Source: Andalucia godoyi And28 (Eukaryota; Protista; Jakobida). Taken from it: a stretch of 64,000 nt of DNA. A model generated the notes under the pieces. That model saw nothing but the letters and a program-made list of their open reading frames with translations, did not search any database and was not told the DNA's origin. Numbering within the stretch: position 1 is the stretch's first letter; each line of letters starts with the position of its first letter. Location: contig VRVR01000036.1 in NCBI GenBank assembly GCA_009859145.1, forward strand, positions 93,987-157,986, read 5' to 3'. The translations under genes and the position numbers were made by a program. Positions 43,187-54,200 of the stretch are shown here, one piece after another.

Positions 43187-44461
43187 CTATCCTTTCGTGG
43201 AGAACACTGTTAAGTTTAGTGATCCCAATATTTTCCCTACTACAAGAATCTCATCTCGACCTCGTGATCCATTTTCTAAAAGGGACCACCAACAGGTTGG
43301 TATCCAATCTGTGCCAAACGCTGCTCCACACATAGCTGCTACTAGTGTCGGGGAGCCAGGTGTTGTGGAAAGCTCCCGAACACTGTCGCAAATGCACAGT
43401 TCCGGAGATGAATAGTTGAATTCTTCAAACTTTCGAACAGCATTCTGAACAGCTCTTCCAATTGCGGAATCATTGGACTTTTCATAGTTGTGAAGATCGA
43501 TTTTCTTGTTCAGAATAAGGTCTTTCAATACGACAACATACAAGACTGCGGCTTCCAGAATTTGATTGTTTGCCCCGCAGATGGGTGCCAGCGCTGCGCG
43601 AACAACCTCAAATAGAACTCGAGGTGGTGCATTACGGTACACAAATGCCAATGGCGCACACCGCAGGACGGCTGATATTGCGAACGGTAGGTCATGTTCC
43701 TTGTTTGTGTCCGCGGAGACTATGTCCGCTGTCTTTGCGAGTTTTAAGAGCAATGCTGCCATGTATTTTGAATATCCTCTTGGTGGGGAATAAAACTCAG
43801 CGTATTTCTTCGCGACGCTGTTCATTTCGAGTCTTTGTCGTTCTGCAATTGAAAATGCAACCGCCAGCATCTGTTCTGTTCTGTCTGTGTACTTGGCGAA
43901 TTTCCACGTTTTTTTCGCGTATGGTGGATAAGCGTCTGATTGTTGAAAAGTTTCGAGATTGCGGAATGTGCAATAAAGGCTGCCGTATGCTTTTTCTATG
44001 CTCCTTTGATTCCAACCGTCCACCGGCGCCTCCAGAATGTCTGCGCAGGCCACGCTCAGTAGTATTCCGCAAGCTTTAGATTGTTCGTCGTTTTGCATCT
44101 TCATGGAAGGTGTCGCGGAAGAGGCATATAAACTGGATTTGAGCCACCTGACAGTTTCAGAATCATCTGTTTCCCCATTGTTTCGCAGTGGGTTCGAGGA
44201 CCATTCAACAAGCCAGTAACAGTAGTCATGAATGTCCCTCCCCGATCGGACGGTCTTCAGTGAAGGACAAGACTTTGGGCCTTGGCAGAAATCAACAGCC
44301 ATATAATTGCTTTTTGGGGCACCAGCGTACTTTTTGGAGTTGGAGGAAAACAGAAATGGAGCAAGGAAGACGTATCCATCGGTCATTTTTTTCTTCGCAG
44401 TGTCGAAGGGAACGGTTTTCTGAGCTGTTTGCTGCGGCTGTGGAAAGAACCTGCTGTACAT
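43187..44461 (-). CDS. ADP-ribosylglycohydrolase-like protein with degenerate metal-binding motifs and extra N-terminal region
   Basis: ACADILEAPVDGW, YTDRTEQMLAVA, RGYS, VLRCAPLA and LVAAMCGAAFG..WIP..W...LEN. Start at 44461 is assumed. Confidence 0.75.
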   Translation of the reverse strand: MYSRFFPQPQQTAQKTVPFDTAKKKMTDGYVFLAPFLFSSNSKKYAGAPKSNYMAVDFCQGPKSCPSLKTVRSGRDIHDYCYWLVEWSSNPLRNNGETDDSETVRWLKSSLYASSATPSMKMQNDEQSKACGILLSVACADILEAPVDGWNQRSIEKAYGSLYCTFRNLETFQQSDAYPPYAKKTWKFAKYTDRTEQMLAVAFSIAERQRLEMNSVAKKYAEFYSPPRGYSKYMAALLLKLAKTADIVSADTNKEHDLPFAISAVLRCAPLAFVYRNAPPRVLFEVVRAALAPICGANNQILEAAVLYVVVLKDLILNKKIDLHNYEKSNDSAIGRAVQNAVRKFEEFNYSSPELCICDSVRELSTTPGSPTLVAAMCGAAFGTDWIPTCWWSLLENGSRGRDEILVVGKILGSLNLTVFSTKG

Positions 44462-44489
44462 TTTCCCTCGCACACCTTCGCCTATATTA

Positions 44490-44860
44490 TACACGGAACA
44501 TGCATATCTACGAATAGACATGCATAATCAGTCTTGCATCCCGTTGCCGGGAAGAGGATATGCCCCCCAACACGCCTCACGGCGCTCTTCAGATAGATGT
44601 TCCGCGCTCCGCTCCCAGTCTCGATCAATCTGTGAGCCACTTTCTCAGCGTGACACGTTGTTCCTGAGAAGGGTGCATTTTTTGATGCTGACGGCCCTAG
44701 CAGCAGGCGCTTTCGTGTCCTCAGTTGCAGCACTGGAGCTACGAGAGGAAGAGGCGGTAGGCGTAGTGACACGTGGTCTCTTAGGAGGTCTGCGGGACCT
44801 AGGAGGCCCTGGCATCGGGCGGCGTAGGCGAATGCGTCATCCCAGCGAACTCACGCCCAT
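44490..44860 (-). mobile_element. Internally deleted Fanzor2 element (N-terminus joined to last RuvC motif) with downstream structured end
   Basis: MPGPPRSRRPPKRPRVTT...ARAVSIK-MHPSQEQRVTLRKWL, then IDRDW-GARNIYLK, with frameshifts. Ends are approximate. Confidence 0.8.
44495..44610 (-). ncRNA. Putative Fanzor2 omegaRNA scaffold of relic 2
   Basis: Follows the RNIYLK codons, shares a motif with relic 1, and has a GCAA-capped hairpin (44540-44551) and an 11-bp UUCG-capped hairpin (44500-44525). Confidence 0.65.
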
Positions 44861-45139
44861 ATTTGAATTATAAAAGTGAAACCAACGAATGATAGATGGC
44901 TACGCGTAAGCACGAATTCCCCTGTGAAACAAACGTGCTAGCGTCGGCCGGTATTGACCGTGTCCGTTCATGTATACTTCCTTCCGTATGCATGACAATG
45001 ACGTGTTATTTATTCAACGGCACAATGTTTTAAAAGATACAACAGATGGAACCAAAAAAACAAAGACAAAGCAACAAAAATAAATACCCCCATTTTACTC
45101 ATGTTTTATAAAATCAGTAGGATATCTTCTGCTGCAGCG

Positions 45140-48100
45140 CTAGGATGAAGGCGACGTATCGAACTTGCTATTCATGTTCCATCGAAGAAGAAGCTCGTCC
45201 AAATTGAGGGAGTTATCTCCAACAGCCTTGAAGCCTTTTGAGCCCAGTTTCTCCAAAACCATCTTACAAAAGAGGGCATACTGGTTAAAATGTTTTCTCA
45301 TTCTCTCCAACTCAGTCGTCATCACTTGGATACGCTGCAGCTCACTGCACATTACCGCTTGCGCAACCACATCTCGGAATGCAGCTATGCAATCAAAGAT
45401 GGAATACATTAGATTTCGGACTGCTTCGCACTCATCTGTGAGCATGCATCGTTCCATCGAGCCTCGAACGTATCGACACAATGACGAATATAGATCATCT
45501 AGGCTAGAATGCTGTGTCGGATCGTCGACGAAGGAATGGTCAGAATGCACAAGCTGCATGATGAGATGGCCTTGGAGATGTTCCACAAAAAACCTCATTT
45601 CATGATGAGTTCGAATAATCAACGGCATGCATCTAAGAAACGGTCCTGTCGACGACTGAGAAGTTGAGATGAAAATCCAGGTATCACGCAAGCATTTCGA
45701 TACCCACTTCAACTTTAAGAGAAACGAGAAAACGGAATTGTATGAGGCAAGTACTGTAGGGTCCAAAAATCTTCGCAGGGGAGTCGGGACACTGACTGCG
45801 AAACAGATGGAATCCAGAAACTTTGTTCCTCCGACCTGTGAGCCAGAGAACAGCCGAATTGCAGGTTCTGACAAACCATCCGATGTCTTCACAATCACAG
45901 CCGACGGAGAGTCTGCGTTAACTCTCAAGAGGAATTCTGTCTCCCCAGGAAGGTCCAGCCGGTCATCAAGGCGCTTTCTTGCATGTAGGAAAGTGTACTG
46001 CAGCGAACTCTGAGACAAGTACAAACCACCATCCTTGGAGGAGAGGAGTAGTCCCTGCGAATCTGTGTCATGGAGGTCAGACATTCCCCTTTGCGATGAC
46101 AAGTCGAACAGTTCTTCAACGAAAACATCGAAAAGATCACCTCTTTCCATAAAAGCGTATTTCTGCAAAAAATAAATCCACTTCCGAAGACCCAGATTAT
46201 TGAGAATCGCAGGAACTGCCAGGGAAGACGCAGCCAGAGCCAACGATTTGAAAGGAACAAGAAGAATTTCAGAGATGGCGGTAGGAACAGGAAGGACTGT
46301 AGGATCTGTGACCTCGTTGGCGAATTGACGATGGTCACCCGTGCTTACCGCTTGGGATTCACCTGCAGCAAAGATTCCAATAGGAGAAGAACAGTAACCC
46401 CATATGTCGGACGGATTCAATGCTTTTCGCGCCGATTCCGTTTCGGCAGCTTGGTGCGTGTCATTGGGTGGCTGAATTCGTTGGGTCTCTCTCTCTTCAT
46501 CCTCTCCAAACTCTACATCCGTCCTTGCCTCAGGTTGATGGTCAGGAAACAGTTCCGAAAATCCTCGGAGTTGCTCGTTGTCTCTGTTGGCAGACGGAGT
46601 AATTGACAAGTGAGGGGTGGGCACTGTCCCGACCTCCGCAGATGCCGATTTGTAGGGCGGTGCCACCACTTGACGAATCCTAATTTTTGGAGAAACGCCA
46701 GTGGACTCAACGAAACTATGGATCATCTGCGATTCCACTTCCGCAACAGCAGCCTCTCGCTCGTCCCAGTACGCAGCAAGACGGCGTTCTTCTGAAGCAG
46801 AATGAACCTCCGCTTCAAGACGGTGTCTCTTCTTGTCATCGATGTCTTCCAGGATTTGTTTTAGCCTTTGTTCTTGTTTCCTTTTCTTTGTTTCTCTCCA
46901 CTGCAGCCTTAAAGCATTTTCTCGTTGCGCTCTTAACTTTGCAGCGTCATATCTACGCTTCATCACATCTGAGGAAAAGGAGTCCTTGGATAGAGATTCC
47001 TGATAGGAAGCCTCCAAAGCCTTGCGCAGTTGCTGGATTTTAACGGACAATGCAGACGACCACTGTGACTGAAATGCGATGACCGAACTAACCGATGAGT
47101 TGAGAGGGGGAAAGCGTGGGAAGTCTTGACGCTCGGGCAACTGAAGTTGCAAATGGGACAGCTGTGAGGTGCAGAGGAGTTGAAGACACTGTCGGACCAT
47201 CAACAGAAAAGGGACAAGCGGCTGGAGAAAAGTGGTATTTTTCAACACGGAAACGGAAAATTCTGAATCGAGGAGGGCCAATTCCTCATGATCGCTGGGC
47301 GTTGTTGACCATTTTTCATAAAGAGCAGAGTCTACCGAGGCACAAATTTGCGTGATCGAATCAACAAGCAGCCCATACGCAGCATTCGAGTACGGAGCCT
47401 TCTCAAAAAGAAAATTCAGAAACACATCGGCCGACTTGCCGACAAAGAGAGTGGATGACAACCTGCATATGGACGCGAGGTCCGTCATTTCGAACAACTG
47501 CGGTGCGTTGGAAAGGCCGAGCGCAAACTGAAACGGGGTCGACGATTTCTCGTTTAAGTTGAACAAGAATTGACGGAATATTCTGCATTTTTGCTTAAGT
47601 ATATGGAAGACATTCTGCAGAAATGACGAATGATCGGCTGACGCGGAGCGCCCTGCAGTTGCTTCGACAATGAGAAGATCTTCTCTTATTTTTTTCATAG
47701 TGTTGGCTAATCCTCGTGGAAGCATAGAAAGTGCAGAGTCTGCAGAGATATGATCGCCGAACCCAAACAGATAAGAAGCCAATTGGGCGAGAACATCAGA
47801 ATTCGTAGGTTCCGAAGAACGATGGAGGCGTTCCAATCGTGTCATGGGAAACGGTTCGCAACTCTTCAGTTCCTCAATTTGCGCATCGGTCCAGACGGGT
47901 GTCTCATTCGGAACAACATCCCGGCTGTCTGCCTTAACAGCAGACGACGGGAGGTCATTCGAGAATGTTTTCGCAGAACGCGACTGCGCATTCAACGACG
48001 TAGAACAAGAAGACGCCAGTTCTGCGGGTGTGAAGAAAAAACTCGCATTCGATTCCACAATGGGTGGTATAGATAATGGCAAAGTCACAGCACGACTGTT

Positions 48101-48613
48101 TTGGGACAGCGACGCAGTAAGCGTTTTCAATCTACGAAAAGCACTCAAGGCAAACGGACCAGAAAGAGACGAACCGCTAAAATACGATGTGGCCTGAGAA
48201 TCATCGTGTGCGGACTCCATAGAAGATTGATAACCATAAACATCACTAGTACCCAGCCATTCATTGAGAAAGAGCGCCTTTCGTTTCCCTCCGAGGACGT
48301 CCATTTCAATCTGGGTGGTCGGAATGCAAGAGCAGATGGAAAACAGGGTCAAAATCTCGGATTCTTTCCCCGACTCGAGCACATTATCAAAAAGCCTTTC
48401 CAGCTTTTCAGCAGCAGAATCGGAGCCAGTCATTCGGAGGCACAGCAGGATGTGAGACAGGCGAAAGCACACATCATCCAGAGTCAGCTCTTTCGTTGAG
48501 AAGCTGCCGCTGTCCGTGAATCCAAGAACGACTTCAAAAGCACGATTGCTCAGGCCTCGACTGCCGTGCACAGTGCACAGTTTTTGAATGGAATCTTTGA
48601 AAGAGAAATTCAT
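45140..48613 (-). CDS. Gamma-tubulin complex component (Spc97/Spc98 family, GCP6-like)
   Basis: KYAFMERGDLFDVFVEELF, YNSVFSFLLKLKW and HEMRFFV..LQGHL, with a long central coiled-coil insertion as in GCP6. Confidence 0.78.
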   Translation of the reverse strand: MNFSFKDSIQKLCTVHGSRGLSNRAFEVVLGFTDSGSFSTKELTLDDVCFRLSHILLCLRMTGSDSAAEKLERLFDNVLESGKESEILTLFSICSCIPTTQIEMDVLGGKRKALFLNEWLGTSDVYGYQSSMESAHDDSQATSYFSGSSLSGPFALSAFRRLKTLTASLSQNSRAVTLPLSIPPIVESNASFFFTPAELASSCSTSLNAQSRSAKTFSNDLPSSAVKADSRDVVPNETPVWTDAQIEELKSCEPFPMTRLERLHRSSEPTNSDVLAQLASYLFGFGDHISADSALSMLPRGLANTMKKIREDLLIVEATAGRSASADHSSFLQNVFHILKQKCRIFRQFLFNLNEKSSTPFQFALGLSNAPQLFEMTDLASICRLSSTLFVGKSADVFLNFLFEKAPYSNAAYGLLVDSITQICASVDSALYEKWSTTPSDHEELALLDSEFSVSVLKNTTFLQPLVPFLLMVRQCLQLLCTSQLSHLQLQLPERQDFPRFPPLNSSVSSVIAFQSQWSSALSVKIQQLRKALEASYQESLSKDSFSSDVMKRRYDAAKLRAQRENALRLQWRETKKRKQEQRLKQILEDIDDKKRHRLEAEVHSASEERRLAAYWDEREAAVAEVESQMIHSFVESTGVSPKIRIRQVVAPPYKSASAEVGTVPTPHLSITPSANRDNEQLRGFSELFPDHQPEARTDVEFGEDEERETQRIQPPNDTHQAAETESARKALNPSDIWGYCSSPIGIFAAGESQAVSTGDHRQFANEVTDPTVLPVPTAISEILLVPFKSLALAASSLAVPAILNNLGLRKWIYFLQKYAFMERGDLFDVFVEELFDLSSQRGMSDLHDTDSQGLLLSSKDGGLYLSQSSLQYTFLHARKRLDDRLDLPGETEFLLRVNADSPSAVIVKTSDGLSEPAIRLFSGSQVGGTKFLDSICFAVSVPTPLRRFLDPTVLASYNSVFSFLLKLKWVSKCLRDTWIFISTSQSSTGPFLRCMPLIIRTHHEMRFFVEHLQGHLIMQLVHSDHSFVDDPTQHSSLDDLYSSLCRYVRGSMERCMLTDECEAVRNLMYSIFDCIAAFRDVVAQAVMCSELQRIQVMTTELERMRKHFNQYALFCKMVLEKLGSKGFKAVGDNSLNLDELLLRWNMNSKFDTSPSS

Positions 48614-48989
48614 GTGCGCGTGCCAGATGTTTCACCCTCCCCCACTTCCAAGAAGAAACGGAAGAAGACGTTGACGTGGTCGAGGAAACTGGAAAAAGAG
48701 AGGACCAAAGAAAGCCCAAACGCCCAACTTGGCGGGAAGTTTACCACGATTGTGTGCATGGTACGTGCCTTTATTTTACGACTGTCGTGCAAGAAAAACA
48801 ATAAGTTCGAATTCCGCCGTGCATGGTGAACTGGGAAGGACTGTTTGTGCAATGTGGAGGGCGGGAGCAGCGTCATGAAAGAGTATGGCGTCATTTAATC
48901 CTTATACATGTGATAAATTACGAAGCAAAGCAAATGGCTTAGAATGCAACAATAGCGACATCAGGATGACCGGCTTCGAAAGCAGCTTC

Positions 48990-49184
48990 CTAGCGAATCA
49001 GAATATCAAGAATGTTTGACGTTACCGATGCCTTTCTTTCATAAAATTCAGTGAACCCGCATACTGTGCAAGTAGACGTGCTAAACTTTCTGGATTTGAT
49101 GTTGAGCCACCGAGCCAACAGCGAGCCAACAGTGTAGACCGTTCCTGTGCGCCATTGAACAGAGCCGCATTCTGAGCAGGCCAT
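48990..49184 (-). CDS. Small Zn-ribbon protein of the prokaryotic YpzJ/DUF2082 type
   Basis: 64 aa: MACSECG...G..LARWLNIKSRKFSTSTCTVCGFTEFYERKAS..NILDIL. Confidence 0.75.
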   Translation of the reverse strand: MACSECGSVQWRTGTVYTVGSLLARWLNIKSRKFSTSTCTVCGFTEFYERKASVTSNILDILIR

Positions 49185-49682
49185 GTGCTCCGGAACAACG
49201 AACACATGTGGACGGTTTGTCGCTACAACTCCACGAGTCGCATTCCCTTCTACTCGCAGGACTCCTCGCAAACTATCGTTCATCATTTAACGTCAGACTC
49301 GAACGACACGGTTCCATTCCAGGAAAGAACGCGCTCCCCCGATTTCCCGAAATTCGGCAAGGATGCTCTGCACCCAGAAAGTCGACATTCTTCAACTCGC
49401 AGCAGCACGCACTCAAAAGAGCGGGCTTTTTTCTGTTTTTTGCGTGGATCATCATGAAAAAATTCCCTAATTCACTGGGCTGAGTTCCAACCTCTTTTCT
49501 CTCGTCTGTTTCCCTCGCTTCTTTTCTTTTTTCCCTTTCGTTTCTCGTTTCTCTTCTCTCTTCTCTCTTCTCTCTTCTACTTTTCTCTTTTCTCTTCTCT
49601 CTTCTCTTTTCCCTCTTTCCCTCTTTCCCTCTTTCCCTCTTTCCGTGTGAAGCCTTCCTGGATCCCTGTCCTCCCTTGTGAA

Positions 49683-50123
49683 ATGTCGGCGTCCGGCTCT
49701 GGCTCTGTGGCTGGTCCGAAAGCGATTCCCACTCCGATGCGTGGAGACGTGCATGTCACAGACATCAGCCAGTCTGTTGGGGGAACAATGTACGGCGTGA
49801 CTCCCGGTGGTACTCGCATTGTGTACGACAGGAACCTGCTCTTGCACTTGCGAAACAGTCCCTACAGCAAGACTCCGCCTGTGCTTCCCGACTTTTCAGC
49901 AAAGTTTGCAAATGCAACCAACAACAGCTCCAGCATCACCACCACCACCACCACGACCGCCACAACCAACAACAACAGCACTAACGTGAACAACGGTTCG
50001 CTGAATGCAAATCACAACTATCACAACACAAACAGCAGTCAAAATCATGCAGCCAACGGTGCTGCTGCCGCGCCCGCGCCCAGCAAGCAGGCGCCCGCAG
50101 ATGACATGTTTGAGATGGAGTAA
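49683..50123 (+). CDS. eIF4E-binding protein (4E-BP)
   Basis: GGTMYGVTPGGTRIVYDRNLLLHLRNSPYSKTPP (YxxxxL-phi motif with TP sites) and a C-terminal FEME TOS-like motif. Confidence 0.9.
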   Translation: MSASGSGSVAGPKAIPTPMRGDVHVTDISQSVGGTMYGVTPGGTRIVYDRNLLLHLRNSPYSKTPPVLPDFSAKFANATNNSSSITTTTTTTATTNNNSTNVNNGSLNANHNYHNTNSSQNHAANGAAAAPAPSKQAPADDMFEME

Positions 50124-50721
50124 TGAGGAGTGCTTTGAGCTTTTATCGCTGTTTTGAGGTTGTTTTCTTGCCTTTCCTAACCTCGCCGTTTGCTTCTTTG
50201 GCTGTTGACGGGGGTCCGTTGGAAAACGCAGGAATGCTCGTTCAGGTTTCCCCCCCGCTTTTCTTGTAGTACTGTACGTTTTAGACGATAGACGAATGAT
50301 GTTCTTGATTTATTATTATGGTGAATCATCCTTTTGTCCGGTAAAGGCACATTTTGTCGTTCAATCTTTTTTCACAAATTAATTTGTCGACATGTGACGT
50401 TGCGGGTTTTTCCATCCGTTTTTTTCCCCATGGTGTTTCCAGCTTTTCTACCTACGCGTTCTTCGCTCCGTTTCCCGCTTGGGAAAACTTCGGAGAATCG
50501 GAGTCATTTGCCGTAATTGCAGTGCCCATTCGTCAATCGTCAGCATTCGATCGACGATCGTGACTGGCGCCTCCGAATTAAAAAAAGGCTCGCCATACTG
50601 TACGAACTGGCTGAAGACGCCAGTCAGCCGGCTTTTCTTTCTTGACAAAGTTCACCGTCTTGTCGGCTGTAATCAAAGGTGGGAGTGCTGTCGTTTCGCG
50701 AAAGGAATTCAGTTTTTCAGC

Positions 50722-51133
50722 CGCTCGCCAAAACATGAATCATTACAGGTCATCATCGGCTAAGCTGTTGCCGAAGACAGGTCCAGTTTGGGGGCGAGCA
50801 CCAGCTCTTCGATGCAGATTGCTCTGCATCAAAAGGATCAACGGGTTTCTTGGTTCTCGGTGTCTTCGGGCATCGCCGGTTTGCGTTTGTCGAGAAGATC
50901 TCTCTCTGGAGCCATGAGATGTTTTGTCTTTGATGAATGGTGCTGCTTGAGGGTTCGATTATAAATATGAGAAACAAACCGAAAATAATAGAAGGAATAA
51001 AAGACGGTGAAGAATGAGAAATTCTGGACTAGACTACGGTAGGAACACATCGCGTCCCCCAAAGGAGTTTCGAAAAAACAAACTCTTCTGGCATGATGTT
51101 GTTTGATGTTCCACACACAAAGCTGCCAGCCGT
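50722..51133 (-). repeat. Dispersed ~412-bp repeat, copy 2
   Basis: Inverted near-identical copy of 20358-20770. Confidence 0.95.
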
Positions 51134-51216
51134 CTCTTCTTTCGCGTTCTGCAAAGTTTTTAGAAAAAATAATAATATAAAAATAAATAAAATTGAAACA
51201 AAATACGTACGTAACT

Positions 51217-54200
51217 ATGGGACGCAAAGAGTTTGTATTGCTGCGTGCGCGTCCAGTGTGGGCGCGGCGTGATATGCTCCCTTTTGTTGTCGCCTACGTA
51301 CTGAATCTTATTGGTATGTGTCTGGCACCTCACTTTCTCACTTCAAAACGTTGTTTTCTCATGTTGCGTGCTTTCTCTTTGTCCTTGTCCTTGTCCTTGT
51401 CGTGATCTTGTTCTTTCTTCTTCCTTGATGATAGGCATCATTGCATTTCCTGATTGGGACTTTTGGTTATTGGTTGCGCTGGGATGCGAGGTTCTTTGCC
51501 ATGTTTTGTCTCTCCTGTCAACACAGTGGTCGTTTGCTTGGGCCGTGAAGGCGTCATTCGATGTGGTTTCTGCATCTCAGATCTCCGTCGCAACGAACGT
51601 GTGGATCAAGTATGCAAAGAAGAATCAGGCGGTTTCTGTCACTTCAAAGTCCGAAATATGCCAAATTCAAATTTGCAAGCAGACTAGGCAGCGTTTCGTC
51701 TTGCATCATATGAGGAGATTCACATATGACGACGACAAGAAGGTTTTCGCAAAGTCCGAGTTCCCTATTCATCTGCCGTCTTCCGAGTATGCCCATGCCA
51801 AAAGCCTGTCGATAGAGCGCCATCGTGGTCTCGCGGATTTATACGGGCCCAACAAGTTCACCATTCCGGTGCCTTCCTTTTGGCCTCTCTTCCAGCAACA
51901 CCTGTTTGCACCATTTTTTGTGTTCCAACTGTTCTGCATTTCTCTGTGGTTCCTCGACGAGTACTGGTACTATTCGCTGTTCACGCTCGGCATGTTGGTG
52001 TTGATGGAATCGGTTGTTGTGAAGCAGAGACAAGGAAATCTGTCACAAATGCGTGCTGTTGCGCAAAAGCCTGCGTCGCTTGTGTATGTCCTTCGTGCTG
52101 CGCAATGGTCTCGTGTATCGTGCGAAGAACTTGTTCCTGGCGACATTGTCTCAGTGCACCACGCTTCTCCTCTGTTCTCGTCTCCTCACAAAAGCCATGA
52201 TAAACTGAATTGTCCTGCGGATTTGCTGTTGCTGGAGGGCGATGTTGTGGTTTCGGAAGCAATGCTCACTGGAGAGTCGAAGCCGCTTCTCAAGAAGGGG
52301 ATCGAGACATCTTCCGTTTCCTTTGGAGAGCTCAGTGTTCAGAAGCACAGGGATCATATTCTTTTTGGTGGAACTACTGTGTTACGGTCCTTCCCTTCTA
52401 GCTGGTCCGGATCCATCCCGTCCTCTGCGAAGAAGAAATCGGGGGGAACAGCGTTGTCGTCCAGCGCTCCTGCCGTGTCTTCGGGCCCTGCCCCTGATGG
52501 CGGGTGCAAAGCGTATGTGTTGCGTACTGGATTCGAAACGGAGCAGGGAAAACTGATCCGCAAGATTGTCTTTGCATCCGACAAGGCAAAGATAGAATCT
52601 GCAGAGGCATATGTTTTCTTGTTGGTTCTGTTTTTATGCGCTCTTGTGGCCGCAGTATATCTCTTTAAGAAGAGCCTGGAGCTTGGCGAGAAGTCGTTTT
52701 ACAACATCTCCCTGGACTGCATTCTGATTCTTACCTCCGTTGTACCTCCGGAACTCCCCATGGAACTCAGTTTGGCAGTGAATCATTCGTTGATTCTTTT
52801 AGCGAAGGGGTCTCGCGTTTTCTGTACCGAGCCTTTCCGAATTCCCATGGCGGGAAAGGTCGACACCTGTGCTTTTGACAAGACCGGCACACTGACCTCG
52901 GATGATATGCGTGTTGAGCAGATTGTTCCCTCAACTCCTGACAAGTCGAAACGAGACGCAGAACGTATTTTGGCGGCTTGCCACTCCCTTGTATGGCTGG
53001 ATTCCGAACAGCCTGTTGGAGATGCAATGGAGGTTGCTGCTTTCGATTTTGTGCGCTGGAAACGGCTGGACAAGGACTATTATTCTGCCGACTCGAAGGT
53101 AGAAAAGGAAAGCGTGAAGATTCTTCACCGCTTTGGGTTTGATGCTGACCTGCGGCGGATGTCTGTGTTCTGCGGTATTTCAAAGGCCGGTTCTGCAGAC
53201 GTCGACGACTTCGCAATTCTTACAAAAGGTGCGCCGGAAACCATGAGGGAAATGTTTAATCCTGCTTCCTTTGATGCAGAGAAATTTGATGTGATGTGCA
53301 ACAAGTTTACTGCCAGTGGAGCCCGTGTTCTTGCGCTGGGCATGAAAGTTGTGGGTGACTCGGCGAATCTTTCACGCAGATACAAGAAAGCACTCCAAAA
53401 ATCAAACCGGGAAGGGGCAATAACGAATTTTGTATTTTCCGCGCTGATTTCAAAGGCTTCCTGCTCGCTAGACAACGAAGATGAACACGAGGTGATCTGT
53501 GAAGAAGCCGATCTCCGACAAGCTGCGGAGGCAGGGTTGAGTTTTGCAGGGTTTGTTCTGTTTGTATCGCCGTTGAAGAAGGATACCGCAGCCTCCATCG
53601 AGGAATTGATTTTATCTGGTCACGATTGCATCATGGTCACGGGTGATAATGCCAGGACTGCTACTGCGGTTGCAATCCAATGCGGTATTATTTCAAAATC
53701 GTCTGAAAAGGAAATACTTCAGTTGTCGGTAACTTCCCCGGATGGCGCACAGTTTGGCTGGGTGGATCAGCAGGATGCGGCGATCAAATATTCGCTGTTT
53801 GGAGTTCCTCACAAGAATTTCGAATTCGTCATTTCTGGAGAGGTTCTGCGGCATATGTCGAGTACTGAGGCTTCCAATGTTCTGAAGGAGTATGCTTCGA
53901 ATTGTCATGTGTTTGCTCGAATGGCTCCGTCTCAAAAGGAAGATGTCATTCATGTCCTGCAAGCTGTAGACCGACAAATCCTGTTTTGCGGGGACGGCAC
54001 CAACGATGTGGGTGCGTTGAAAGCTTCCCATGTCGGTATCGCGATTGTTTCGAAAGAGATGCCTGCGGACATCGGGGTTCCTCGTTTGCAGAATTTTGAT
54101 GAGGAGACCATCCTCAAGGATCCGATGCTACGAAGAGCACGAGATCTCCAGAAGTTCCTTGATGGTCCTGTTGGAACACGCATGACCGATTCTCGCAAGG

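Noticed and set aside
50945-50965. tRNA / Pol III B-box (gggttcgatt)
   Set aside because: There is no cloverleaf or A-box, and no tRNA or rRNA gene could be supported anywhere in the window.
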